DNA of 64,000 nucleotides from Gammaproteobacteria bacterium (GTDB lineage Bacteria; Pseudomonadota; Gammaproteobacteria; JBCCGL01): NCBI GenBank assembly GCA_965277715.1, contig OZ255836.1, positions 3,168,001 to 3,232,000 of the forward strand, read 5' to 3'. Shown piece by piece: positions 18,632 to 28,356 of this stretch (position 1 is its first letter; each line of letters starts with the position of its first letter). The notes under the pieces were generated by a model. It saw only the letters and a program-made list of their open reading frames with translations, ran no database searches and was not told where the DNA came from. The position numbers and the translations under genes were made by a program.

Positions 18632-21138
18632 TGTCTGAACCTCCTGAAGGCAAGTTACGGCATCTAATCGTTAATGGATTTCATGAATCAAGCGAATACT
18701 CTTCGCCAAATTCTGGCCGCCCTCCAGGTTTTAGAACACCGAGAAGAGACAGAGAAGCTCATTCACAGCGACTTACCGAGCAGTTGCAATACGCACAAGC
18801 TCGCGAGGTGGAAATAGTTAGGCAACAACGCGCAATTGGGCTAGATGCAGGAAATGGAATTTACATTAAATTTGAGAGTGATCCAGGTTTCGAGCTCAAA
18901 TTTAAAAGTTTAGAATTTACAACAAGTGGCATTGAGCTGTGTTCGGTAAAACGAATTGGCACTACTGGCACTACTACAGCTACGGTATTTGTCCCAGAAG
19001 GAAAATTAGACCACTTTCTAAAACGGATAACTAAATACAAAGAAGAGGATACAAAACCGAGAACTGAAGAAGGAATCTCCAAGGCTTGTCATAAAGATTT
19101 AGTCGAGAGTATAGGCAATATACGGCTGGCATCTCTAGAAGCGCTTTGGACTGACGACCCTGCCCTTTTCCCTCAAGCCGACGAACCTATTTGGTGGGAA
19201 ATTTGGCTAAGAGACAACGAAACGCTTGACTACGAAGGGCTCGCTCGTGAGCACCTCAATCAAATGGAACTCACTGTATCTCCTGACTCTATCAAGTTTA
19301 TTGACAGAACAATCATTCTGGTAAATGGCTCAAAAACTCAATTAACCAACTCTATACTTCTCTTGGGGTTCATAGCAGAAGTTCGAAAAGCTAAGGAAAA
19401 TGCTTCCTTCTTTCTTGGGCTTGACCGAAAAGAACAAAACGAATGGGTCACAGATTTAGTTGAACGAACAACGCCACCCGGCCCAAATCCACCATCAGTT
19501 TGCATTATGGATACCGGCGTGAACTGCTTACATCCATTATTAGCTATTTGTAGTTCAGATGATGATATGCATACGTATAGTCCTGAATGGGGAACGGATG
19601 ATCGATTCGGCCATGGCACCCAAATGGCTGGCCTCGCCACTTATGGCGACCTGACAAATTGCCTCGGCCATACAGACGAAGTAAGCATTTCTGGCATATT
19701 GGAATCTGCAAAGATAATCCCCTCACCTCGCTTTTCTCATGAAAAGCACCTATATGGCGCTATTATTCGCGAAAGTGTAGCGCGAGTGGAGGTCGGAGGA
19801 CGACGGTTGCGAACTTTTTGCCTGGCTGTTACAGCCGATGATGCCCGAGACAGGGGTAAACCATCTTCCTGGTCTGCCTCAATTGATGCGATTAGTTCTG
19901 GATATGAAGATGAGCAGCGTCGGTTATTTATACTTTCTGCGGGAAATACTGATCCTGGCGGTCGTGCTGATTATCCATGTAGCAATTTCACTGATGAAGT
20001 GCATGATCCAGGTCAATCGTGGAATTCACTGACTGTAGGTGCTTACACAGATAAAGATAATCTCGATACTGAAAAATACCCAGGGTGGACACCTATCGCG
20101 CCAAGAGGAGATATTGCTCCCTCTAGCTGCACCTCCATGCAATGGGCGAAAGCATGGCCAATCAAGCCAGAAATAGTTCTTGAAGGTGGCAATATGGGGA
20201 AAAACCCTGCTGACGGTTCTGCTGATTATATTGATGACAACCTACAACTATTGACTACTGGTCATCAACCTTTACTTGATCGTCAGATAGTTTCTTTTGG
20301 CGACACCAGTGCTGCTGCCGCTCTTGCTGCAAAGCATTCTTGCGACCTTCAAGCAACTTATCCTGAATTTTGGCCTGAGACTATAAAGGCATTATTTGTC
20401 CATTCTGCTGAGTGGACAGAAGCAATGAAAGAGAGATTCGATTTAAAGAAACAAAAGGGGTATCGACAACTTCTGAAATACTGCGGCTATGGGGTTCCTA
20501 ACTTTGAAAAGCTTGCTTGGAGTACAAAAAGCTCGCTATGTATAGTGAGTCAAGAAATGTTACAACCTTACCAGCGAATCGGTTCTAAAAAACCCTCAAC
20601 CCGAGACATCAACATCTACATGCTACCTTGGCCGGATGAAGTTTTAGCAAATATCCCAGAAGACACGCCTGTCGAAATGAAAGTAACCCTTTCATATTTT
20701 ATAGAACCAAATCCTGGTGCACGAGGATGGTCGACAAAGTATCAATACGCCTCGCATGGCCTTAGATTTCAGGTTAGACGACCTCTAGAAAGCCTTGATT
20801 CATTCAAGGCACGCATAAATCAGAAAGCTAGAGATGAAGAACTGGGAAGATATACAACTACTGCTGACTCAGGCAAATGGCAATTAGGTGAAAAGCTACG
20901 AACGCTAGGGTCGATTCACAGTGACACCTGGACTGGCAATGCCCTAGAGCTAATCCAGAGAAAGAACCTCGCTATCTACCCTGTGGGGGGGTGGTGGAAG
21001 GAGCGAATTAAAGCGGACAGGTGGCATAAATCAGCTCGATATGCGCTTATAGTATCGCTGAGTACACCCACCTTAGAAACAGATATGTACACACCTATAG
21101 CTCAGCAGATTGAGAATCGAGTTGGTATTGAAGTGTAA
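18631..21138 (+). CDS. ietS: Cytoplasmic S8 subtilisin-like serine protease, IetS-like
   Basis: Catalytic Asp (IMDTGV), His (GHGTQMAG), oxyanion SAGN, Ser (FGDTSAAAA); IKPEIVLEGGN, GYGVP, TLSYFIEPNPG, YPVGGWWK; no signal peptide. Confidence 0.85.
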   Translation: MSEPPEGKLRHLIVNGFHESSEYSSPNSGRPPGFRTPRRDREAHSQRLTEQLQYAQAREVEIVRQQRAIGLDAGNGIYIKFESDPGFELKFKSLEFTTSGIELCSVKRIGTTGTTTATVFVPEGKLDHFLKRITKYKEEDTKPRTEEGISKACHKDLVESIGNIRLASLEALWTDDPALFPQADEPIWWEIWLRDNETLDYEGLAREHLNQMELTVSPDSIKFIDRTIILVNGSKTQLTNSILLLGFIAEVRKAKENASFFLGLDRKEQNEWVTDLVERTTPPGPNPPSVCIMDTGVNCLHPLLAICSSDDDMHTYSPEWGTDDRFGHGTQMAGLATYGDLTNCLGHTDEVSISGILESAKIIPSPRFSHEKHLYGAIIRESVARVEVGGRRLRTFCLAVTADDARDRGKPSSWSASIDAISSGYEDEQRRLFILSAGNTDPGGRADYPCSNFTDEVHDPGQSWNSLTVGAYTDKDNLDTEKYPGWTPIAPRGDIAPSSCTSMQWAKAWPIKPEIVLEGGNMGKNPADGSADYIDDNLQLLTTGHQPLLDRQIVSFGDTSAAAALAAKHSCDLQATYPEFWPETIKALFVHSAEWTEAMKERFDLKKQKGYRQLLKYCGYGVPNFEKLAWSTKSSLCIVSQEMLQPYQRIGSKKPSTRDINIYMLPWPDEVLANIPEDTPVEMKVTLSYFIEPNPGARGWSTKYQYASHGLRFQVRRPLESLDSFKARINQKARDEELGRYTTTADSGKWQLGEKLRTLGSIHSDTWTGNALELIQRKNLAIYPVGGWWKERIKADRWHKSARYALIVSLSTPTLETDMYTPIAQQIENRVGIEV

Positions 21139-21376
21139 AAACGTGAAAGTGATCGCTAATATGTTTGGCTATAGCTGTGTCAGCAGCCTTTCTCCGGCGA
21201 TTGATGGGATAAAACGGAGCTTATCTGATAGAAGTCTGAAGGATATGTATGAATAGGCTTATGCTCGGTTGAATATAATTAGATATGGTTGCCCCTTTTC
21301 CTCTTTTTTGATTGTATGCCAATGGTGGTTGATTTGATTGCGTCACTTGCCGTATCCAAGGAAGGTTTAAAAACCA

Positions 21377-21660
21377 TCAACTCCCACGAATGAACTCAAT
21401 AACAGCACGCGTAACGACATCAGTTGTTGCTGTTCCGCCAAGATCAGGCGTATGCAAAGCAGGGTTTGCAGTCGTTCGCTCAATAGCCTGCATCAGCATT
21501 TCAGATGCTGTTGCCTCGCCCAGGTGTTCCAGCATCAAGACCGCTGTCCAAAAGGTCCCGATAGGGTTTGCAATCCCCTTGCCGGTAATATCAAAGGCAG
21601 AACCGTGAATCGGCTCGAACATTGAAGGAAATTGTCGCTCTGGGTTCAGGTTTGCGGTGT
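21377..21660 (-). pseudogene. 3' fragment of a tartrate/D-malate (isocitrate/isopropylmalate-family) dehydrogenase
   Basis: SMFEPIHGSAFDITGKGIANP, MLEHLG, TPDLGGTATT; only about 95 C-terminal residues remain, and the 5' part is cut at a TGACCCC motif. Confidence 0.85.
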
Positions 21661-21678
21661 GCAAGCAAGGGGGTCAGC

Positions 21679-21779
21679 AAGGGGGTCAGGCTTATTATTC
21701 ACCATACAACGACTAATACGGATAAAAACAGTGATTTCCAGCAATGAAGTATAGAAAATAACTGCCTTGACCCCTTTTT
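21679..21779. repeat. ~100-bp MITE/REPIN-like element, copy 1 (ends AAGGGGGTCAGGC...GCCTTGACCCCTTT)
   Basis: Imperfect terminal inverted repeats around a non-coding core; near-identical copies at 21795-21895 and 32290-32390. Confidence 0.8.
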
Positions 21780-21794
21780 CCTTATGTAAATAGC

Positions 21795-21895
21795 AAGGGG
21801 GTCAGGCTTATTATTCACCATACAACGACTAATACGGATAAAAACAGTGATTTCCAGCAATGAAGTATAGAAAATAACTGCCTTGACCCCTTTTT
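21795..21895. repeat. ~100-bp MITE/REPIN-like element, copy 2 (tandem)
   Basis: Matches copy 1; its right end abuts the truncated orphan cassette. Confidence 0.8.
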
Positions 21896-21899
21896 CCTT

Positions 21900-22951
21900 A
21901 TGTCATAAATCGCTACTTCGTTGTCGTCTATATCCCGGTTTAACAGCCGTGTGTTCGAGTTTTCTGCATCACCGAGAACGACCTCACCCTCGCCCACTGT
22001 TCCCAGGGTTTTGGTTTTGCTGTGTTGATTGTCATTGCTGTAGTCCAGGCTGACGGTTTGTCCTAGCCCCACACTCGCCGAGGTTGAGCGCGCTTCTACT
22101 GTGTTGTTCAGGCTGCCCACTTCCAGGGTATTGGTAACTAGCGTCAGTTGTTGGTTGTCATTACCGTCTTCATCCACGGCGGCTATCGTTGCCCCTCGCA
22201 ATGTCGTCGCTTCCGCCACAGTGATGTCGACTGTTTCACCCAGCAATTGGGTGTCTACGGTGTTTTTGATCACCGATCGCGCCCTGGCGTTGCTTAGCCC
22301 CGCTGAGTTGATGCCACTGCTGCTAAACCCGGCACTGAACCCCTGGGATTGACTGCGGTCTTTGGTGCTGTTTTGCACCGAGGCCACATGCAGGGTTTGG
22401 GTGTTCAGGCTCAGGGTGTCGCCCGCCGCTACATCCGCCCCTTTAATCTGCGTGGTATCTCTTGTGGTGATCGTGATGTTATTGGCCAACAGGGAGGCGT
22501 TGGTTTGCGTGATCTCACGGCGGCTGCTACTGGCGCTGTCACTGCTCAGGTTGACACCACCCCCACTGCCCCCGTACAGATCGATCGAGATATTGACGTT
22601 TCTATGCTCGGTGCTGGTTTCCCGCGTTGAAAGATCCTGGGAGGCGAGGATGTTTAAGTCCTGACTGTCGATGGTGATACCTTCACCGGCTTGCAGGTGG
22701 CTACCCTGTATCGTGGCGGTGTTGTTGGCATTGATGGTAATCGTATTACCCGCACTCAACGTCGAGGCCACTGAACGCTGCTGGGCTTCACTCAGTTGTT
22801 CTTCCAGCACATCCAGATCAATTTCAAGGCCCGCGTTAAAGCCGTAGGTGCCGCTGCTCGCCGCTGCCTTGGCCAAATGTGCGGTGGTGCCGACACACAG
22901 GCAAGCCAATAGAACAATCAACAGGTTATGACAAACAAGAGAAAGACGCAT
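21900..22951 (-). pseudogene. Truncated orphan CdiA-CT cassette 4 (leader plus constant hemagglutinin-repeat region; toxin tip and immunity gene lost)
   Basis: Near-identical to cdiA ~34420-35390; homology stops at ...NEVAIYDI where the repeat element begins, and the ORF reads through the repeat to 21815. Confidence 0.85.
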
Positions 22952-23106
22952 AAACAGAGTGTAACGATTGGTGAGTATTTGGCGAGTAGTTTTTCTTTTC
23001 GGTGGGAATTTACAAATATCGTTAGCGCGACCAGTGGGCCAAGTTTATCAACCGATCAATATAATACTTGCCTCTAATTTTTCTTTTGAATGCAATTAAA
23101 TATACC
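22952..23106 (-). repeat. Conserved ~155-bp upstream segment of the orphan cassettes (other copies 27243-27397, 27757-27911, 31248-31402; partial 23221-23305)
   Basis: Near-identical AAACAGAGTGTAACGATTGG...TTAAATATACC in four places, each between an orphan ATG and a TGACCCC motif. Confidence 0.9.
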
Positions 23107-23830
23107 TGACCCCTTTTGTTGCTTCTTGACCTCTTTTATTGCTTCTATGAGATGATGTACCAGATTGAAAGTCAGTTGAATAGTGAATAACTGGCCTGAC
23201 CCCTTTTTTCTTTTTTTGCTTTAGCGCGACCAGTGGGCCAAGTTTATCAACCGATCAATATAATACTTGCCCCTAATTTTTCTTTTGAATGTAATTAAAT
23301 ATACCTGACCCCTTTTATTGCTTCTATGAGATGATGTACCAGATTGAAAGTCAGTTGGATAGTGAATAACTGGCCTGACCCCTTTTATTTTTATCCTGGC
23401 GAAACACGGTTCTGGGCATCGGGAGAACTCCAAGCGATTGGCTTGGCGTCACAGGATAACCAAAAACAGATTAAATGTTTACGAAAACTTATTTCAGCAC
23501 TTTCTCAGATACCGCGTTTTTACTGGGTGGCTGGGGTATTCAAACCTATAACGGGAAGTGCTGAAATACTTACAGCTTAAGGAAGTGCCATTCATACCTG
23601 ACCCCTTTTATTGTGTGGGTAATCGACCGGGGCGTATTGAACCAAGAGTGGTTAAACGAAGACCCAAACCATATCCTTTATTGATGCAGCCAAGGGACGT
23701 GGCCAGAAGTGTTGTTAAAAAATATGGCCATCCCAAAAAACAGAAATAGGTCATTTACAATGAAAGTACTTCCATATTTTTCATGTACTTAGAGCTTAAG
23801 GAAGTGCCATTCTGGCCTGACCCCTTTTTT
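23107..23830. repeat. Cluster of TGACCCC(T)n motifs with duplicated spacers and IS ends
   Basis: TGACCCC at 23107, 23197, 23306, 23376, 23599, 23818 and TGACCTC at 23127; a ~70-bp spacer is duplicated and recurs at ~27405-27467. Confidence 0.85.
23612..23812 (+). mobile_element. IS4-family remnant: transposase C-terminus plus terminal inverted repeat
   Basis: VGNRPGRIEPRVVKRRPKPYPLL resembles IS4-type transposase C-termini; followed by CTTAAGGAAGTGCCATTC, also at 23576 and (lacking the first C) at 27924 and 31415. Confidence 0.7.
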
Positions 23831-23862
23831 CTTCCTTTTTTCTCTTAACGCGACTGAATTGG

Positions 23863-24156
23863 CTAACTGTTCTGCCGCAAAGAGGTATGAATTTCAGCTA
23901 CTGTTTCCCACGAAGAAAACGGTGAATCGGGATTTTCATTAAATGGTTTCAACTGATGGGAAAAACCCTCTGAGACTCGACTGGATGTCCACATAGAAAG
24001 TTTTTCCCTGTCTGAACCGAATTCGTCATTCATTAGCACTCGCTCTAACACAAGGTATAATTCTCGATATGGACTAGATTCGTCGCACCAATTTAATCTT
24101 TTCGCGTTATCCAACAACCAACGTAAACGTTCTTTAATGGATTGGTTAATACTCAT
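23863..24156 (-). CDS. Putative cognate immunity protein of orphan toxin 2
   Basis: 97 aa, AT-rich, TAATG translational coupling to the upstream toxin ORF. Confidence 0.7.
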   Translation of the reverse strand: MSINQSIKERLRWLLDNAKRLNWCDESSPYRELYLVLERVLMNDEFGSDREKLSMWTSSRVSEGFSHQLKPFNENPDSPFSSWETVAEIHTSLRQNS

Positions 24157-27100
24157 TATGGTTGACTCAATGTCTCGCCCAACGTAACCGGAGGATTAGT
24201 ACCGTAAGTAGTTCCGCCAGGAGCAAATGTTTGCCATCCTTGACCAGGCAACGGGTTCAAACCTGTCCAATTTTGGGGTGCAACAACACCTTCAAGCACA
24301 TGAACAGGCTGGTTAACAGTCCCGACATTCAAGTACGTAGCAGGATTATTTGGAGGCAATGCCAGGTTATCAACAACTTGGCTCGGCACTTGCCCTGCTG
24401 TTCCGGGTGTTAAGAACTGCCCTGATGCAGGATTTGTGGAACCACCAGAATAAATTCCAAATATCTCTCCAGGTTGAGCCTGACGAATATAAATAGGGCC
24501 ATCAAAGGACTCAACAATACCACTGATATTACCTTCGGGGACTCCTGTTTGGCGTAGGTAATCCGCCGCCTGATCTGGGGTAACTTCATATCTTGGTGTT
24601 GGCGCTTCCGGAGCATTAGGCGGATTAACTAGTGTACCGTTTACATGGCCACCATTAGGAAACTCTATACGGGCAATTTGCCTCTCTGACTCACCAGGCA
24701 GATCCACATCACGACTTGGCGCAACATCCCCACCTACTCTACCACGCCCCGTAACCAAATCAACCGCCCTGTCCTTAACATCCTCCGGGATAATCTTCGC
24801 TACCTTGTTTATTACCGCCGTCTCTGCCGCCCATAAACCCAGGCTAACCGCTCCATCAACAAACACACTCTGGTCTCCCTGATGGCTTTCTGTCGTGAAT
24901 GAATCCAATACACGCTGGCCTTGGACACTTGTATAATCACCAAACAACGTCACCGCACCATCCACTGCCTGAGCCGCCGCCAGGCCCGTTAATGCCGCCG
25001 TCCCTACCGGTGCCGCACAACCCACCACCGTCGTACACAGTGGCGATGTCGCTATCGTTGCCCCTGCACCAACAACTGTGCCCACAGTGCCAATCCCTGC
25101 ATTGATCGCTCCCCCCGTTCTGTGGATTATTTCCCCATTTGCATCAACACCGTCTTGTACTCTGTCACCCAAACCGTATTCAAACTGATCAGCCGGCACC
25201 ACGCTCCCCAACATACCCTCTAGCGTCGCCCCCTGGGATTGCAGTTCTTCGCCCAACGCCTGCAAGGTTGCCAGTTGTTCGTAGTGCGCATCATCTTCTG
25301 GCACACCTTGCGCGCAATTCACCGCTGCACACGCAACAGCATCCAGCTGCGCCCTCATCGTTTGTTGTTCTTCTGCACTTAAATCTGCACGCGCACTGAT
25401 GTTGGCTCGCGCCTGTACCAGCGTTTGTGCTTCTCTTGTATGGAATTGGCGGTTGTTCACTACCGCGTTACCCACTGCGTTCGCACGTACCGTGCCCTGC
25501 GTAACCGCATTGCTTGTTATCAACGTCTCCCTAAATTCCGTACCCCCGGTACTATCAAGATCGCCGCCTGCCGCCTGGTTTAAACGCCCTGATAACTGTT
25601 CGCCAAACGCATCCGCCACCACTTCCTGACCTGCATCATTTGCCTCCCCTTCCTGCAACGTCCGGTTTTCGATTAATTCATGCCCTAAGGTCGTGAGTAA
25701 ATCCGTTTTACTTTCCCCGTTTGCATCAACAAATAGGTCACCGTATTGATCATGGCTTTCATCCGCTACCGTGCCACCTCTTCTGTCCAGAAGAAGGTTA
25801 TCCCCCAGTGACGCACTCGTTGTCGTTGTGCCGTCGTACAGGTTGATCTCACTCAGCGAGACACCAAACTTTTCCTGTGCCAGGTGACCTACTTCAACCA
25901 TTCCCTGAGCGTACAACTCACCATCACCACTGAGGAGTTTCTCCAATATTGCGGCATTCTCCGGGTTGCGTAGCAGGTCATTTTTCAGTTGCGTGCCCAC
26001 TGTGTTGTTTTGCGCGACTTCAAAGAAATCGAGCAGGTTCAGGGCATCGTTTTCCGATAAGGTCTCGGCGGCACGGGCAAGATCTTGACCCAATTCCGCA
26101 CTATCAACAAAGTCGTTTCTAATCCCTTCCCGACCTGCTTCTGTCAACAACCGCGTATCCAACGACCCACTCAACCCCTGGTGCGATTCAATGTCATAAA
26201 TCGCCACTTCGTTGTCGTCTATATCCCGGTTTAACAGCCGTGTGTTCGAGTTTTCTGCATCACCGAGAACGACCTCACCCTCGCCCACTGTTCCCAGGGT
26301 TTTGGTTTTGCTGTGTTGATTGTCATTGCTGTAGTCCAGGCTGACGGTCTGCCCAACACCCACACTCGCCGAGGTCGAGCGCGCTTCTACTGTGTTGTTC
26401 AGGCTGCCCACTTCCAGGGTGTTGGTAACTAGCGTCAGTTGTTGGTTGTCATTACCGTCTTCATCCACGGCGGCTATCGTTGCCCCTCGCAATGTCGTCG
26501 CTTCCGCCACGGTGATGTCGACTGTTTCACCCAGCAATTGGGTGTCTACGGTGTTTTTGATCACCGATCGCGCCCTGGCATTGCTTAGCCCCGCTGAGTT
26601 GATGCCACTGCTGCTAAACCCGGCACTGAACCCCTGGGATTGACTGCGGTCTTTGGTGCTGTTTTGCACCGAGGCCACATGCAGGGTTTGGGTGTTCAGG
26701 CTCAGGGTGTCGCCCGCCGCTACATCCGCCCCTTTGATCTGCGTGGTATCTCTTGTGTTTATCGTAATGTTATTGGCCAACAGGGAGGCGTTGGTTTGTG
26801 TGATCTCACGGCGGCTGCTACTGGCGCTGTCACTGCTCAGGTTGACACCACCCCCACTGCCCCCGTACAGATCAATGGCAATATTGACATTTCTATGCTC
26901 GGTGCTGGTTTCCCGGGTCGAGAGGTCTTGGGAGGCGAGGACGTTTAAATCCTGACTGTCGATGGTGATACCTTCACCGGCTTGCAGGTGACTGCCCTGC
27001 ACTGTAGCGGTGTTGTTGGCATTGATAGTAATCGTGTTACCCGCACTCAACGTCGAGGCCACTGAACGCTGCTGGGCTTCACTCAGTTGTTCTTCCAGTA

Positions 27101-27242
27101 CATCCAGGTCAATTTCAAGGCCTGCGTTAAAGCCGTAAGTGCCGCTGCTCGCCGCTGCCTTGCCCAAATGTGTGGCGGTGCCGACACACAGGCAAGCCAA
27201 TAAAACAATCAACAGGTTATGACAAACAAGAGAAAGACGCAT
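24156..27242 (-). CDS. Orphan CdiA-CT cassette 2: leader, constant region, pre-toxin domains and TNT-like (NADase/ART-related) toxin tip
   Basis: Matches cdiA from KAAASSGTYG to LDTRLLTE, then unique; VVNN-RQFHTRE junction; hydrophobic segment; tip GQFLTP...LALPPNNPA...GVVAPQ...PGQGWQ. Confidence 0.8.
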   Translation of the reverse strand: MRLSLVCHNLLIVLLACLCVGTATHLGKAAASSGTYGFNAGLEIDLDVLEEQLSEAQQRSVASTLSAGNTITINANNTATVQGSHLQAGEGITIDSQDLNVLASQDLSTRETSTEHRNVNIAIDLYGGSGGGVNLSSDSASSSRREITQTNASLLANNITINTRDTTQIKGADVAAGDTLSLNTQTLHVASVQNSTKDRSQSQGFSAGFSSSGINSAGLSNARARSVIKNTVDTQLLGETVDITVAEATTLRGATIAAVDEDGNDNQQLTLVTNTLEVGSLNNTVEARSTSASVGVGQTVSLDYSNDNQHSKTKTLGTVGEGEVVLGDAENSNTRLLNRDIDDNEVAIYDIESHQGLSGSLDTRLLTEAGREGIRNDFVDSAELGQDLARAAETLSENDALNLLDFFEVAQNNTVGTQLKNDLLRNPENAAILEKLLSGDGELYAQGMVEVGHLAQEKFGVSLSEINLYDGTTTTSASLGDNLLLDRRGGTVADESHDQYGDLFVDANGESKTDLLTTLGHELIENRTLQEGEANDAGQEVVADAFGEQLSGRLNQAAGGDLDSTGGTEFRETLITSNAVTQGTVRANAVGNAVVNNRQFHTREAQTLVQARANISARADLSAEEQQTMRAQLDAVACAAVNCAQGVPEDDAHYEQLATLQALGEELQSQGATLEGMLGSVVPADQFEYGLGDRVQDGVDANGEIIHRTGGAINAGIGTVGTVVGAGATIATSPLCTTVVGCAAPVGTAALTGLAAAQAVDGAVTLFGDYTSVQGQRVLDSFTTESHQGDQSVFVDGAVSLGLWAAETAVINKVAKIIPEDVKDRAVDLVTGRGRVGGDVAPSRDVDLPGESERQIARIEFPNGGHVNGTLVNPPNAPEAPTPRYEVTPDQAADYLRQTGVPEGNISGIVESFDGPIYIRQAQPGEIFGIYSGGSTNPASGQFLTPGTAGQVPSQVVDNLALPPNNPATYLNVGTVNQPVHVLEGVVAPQNWTGLNPLPGQGWQTFAPGGTTYGTNPPVTLGETLSQP

Positions 27243-27490
27243 AAACAGAGTGTAACGATTGGTGAGTATTTGGCGAGTAGTTTTTCTTTTCGGTAGGAAT
27301 TTACAAATATCGTTAGCGCGACCAGTGGGCCAAGTTTATCAACCGATCAATATAATACTTGCCCTTAATTTTTCTTTTGAATGCAATTAAATATACCTGA
27401 CCCCTTTTATTGCTTCTATGAGATGATGTACCAGATTGAAAGTCAGTTGAATAGTGAATAACTGACCTGACCCCTTTTTTCCTTTTTTTT

Positions 27491-27756
27491 CCGGCTTGCA
27501 GGTGACTGCCCTGCACTGTAGCGGTGTTGTTGGCATTGATGGTAATCGTGTTACCCGCACTCAACGTCGAGGCGACTGAACGCTGCTGGGCTTCACTCAG
27601 TTGTTCTTCCAGTACATCCAGGTCAATTTCAAGACCTGCGTTAAAACCGTAAGTGCCGCTGCTCGCCGCTGCCTTGCCCAAATGTGCGGCGGTGCCGACA
27701 CACAGGCAAGCCAATAGAACAATCAACAGGTTATGACAAACAAGAGAAAGACGCAT
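27491..27756 (-). pseudogene. Truncated orphan cassette 3 (leader plus ~60 codons of the constant region)
   Basis: Homology to cdiA ends at GSHLQAG, directly against TGACCCCTTTTTTCCTTTTTTTT; ORF runs on through repeat DNA to 27313. Confidence 0.85.
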
Positions 27757-28041
27757 AAACAGAGTGTAACGATTGGTGAGTATTTGGCGAGTAGTTTTTC
27801 TTTTCGGTGGGAATTTACAAATATCGTTAGCGCGACCAGTGGGCCAAGTTTATCAACCGATCAATATAATACTTGCCTCTAATTTTTCTTTTGAATGCAA
27901 TTAAATATACCTGACCCCTTTTGTTAAGGAAGTGCCATTCTGCCTTGACCTCTTTTTTTGAATAGTGAATAACTGGCCTGACCCCTTTTCTTTGCTTGAC
28001 TCTTCTACTTCTACTTTTTTCCGTTTAATGTGGAACGTTGG

Positions 28042-28356
28042 TCAAAGGTCTCTTTCTTCAAAATGATCAGACATCGTTTTCAGATAATCCATGCAAGCAT
28101 TAAAATCAGGTTGGAAATCAGCAGTGGTTCTAACTTCACCTTTGTCACTCAAAACTAAAGCAGACTTACGTAAACTGGCATTTTTTGGAATCTCGATCTC
28201 TGGATTTCGGAAAAACATCCACGCTCGCCCATGATTCAAACATTTACTTTGAAGCAGCGCCTGCCCTTCTTTTAGAAAAAACGACCACTCAATTGCTCCA
28301 GCATTTACAGCAAGTGAAACAATTTCTTCATACGTTAATTTTGAATTTTTCATCAT
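28042..28356 (-). CDS. Putative cognate immunity protein of orphan toxin 1
   Basis: 104 aa, AT-rich, ATGA overlap with the toxin stop. Confidence 0.72.
   Translation of the reverse strand: MMKNSKLTYEEIVSLAVNAGAIEWSFFLKEGQALLQSKCLNHGRAWMFFRNPEIEIPKNASLRKSALVLSDKGEVRTTADFQPDFNACMDYLKTMSDHFEERDL

Noticed and set aside
23221-23580. Short ORFs 23221-23433 and 23344-23580, and the C-terminal tails of 21815-22951 and 27313-27756
   Set aside because: They are read-through of non-coding repeat DNA (KRGQV/KGVR peptides are the translated TGACCCC motif)
23107-23830. CRISPR array formed by the recurring CCTGACCCCTTTT units
   Set aside because: The repeat core is too short (~13 bp), spacing is irregular (20-220 bp), spacers duplicate each other or are IS fragments, and no cas genes are present
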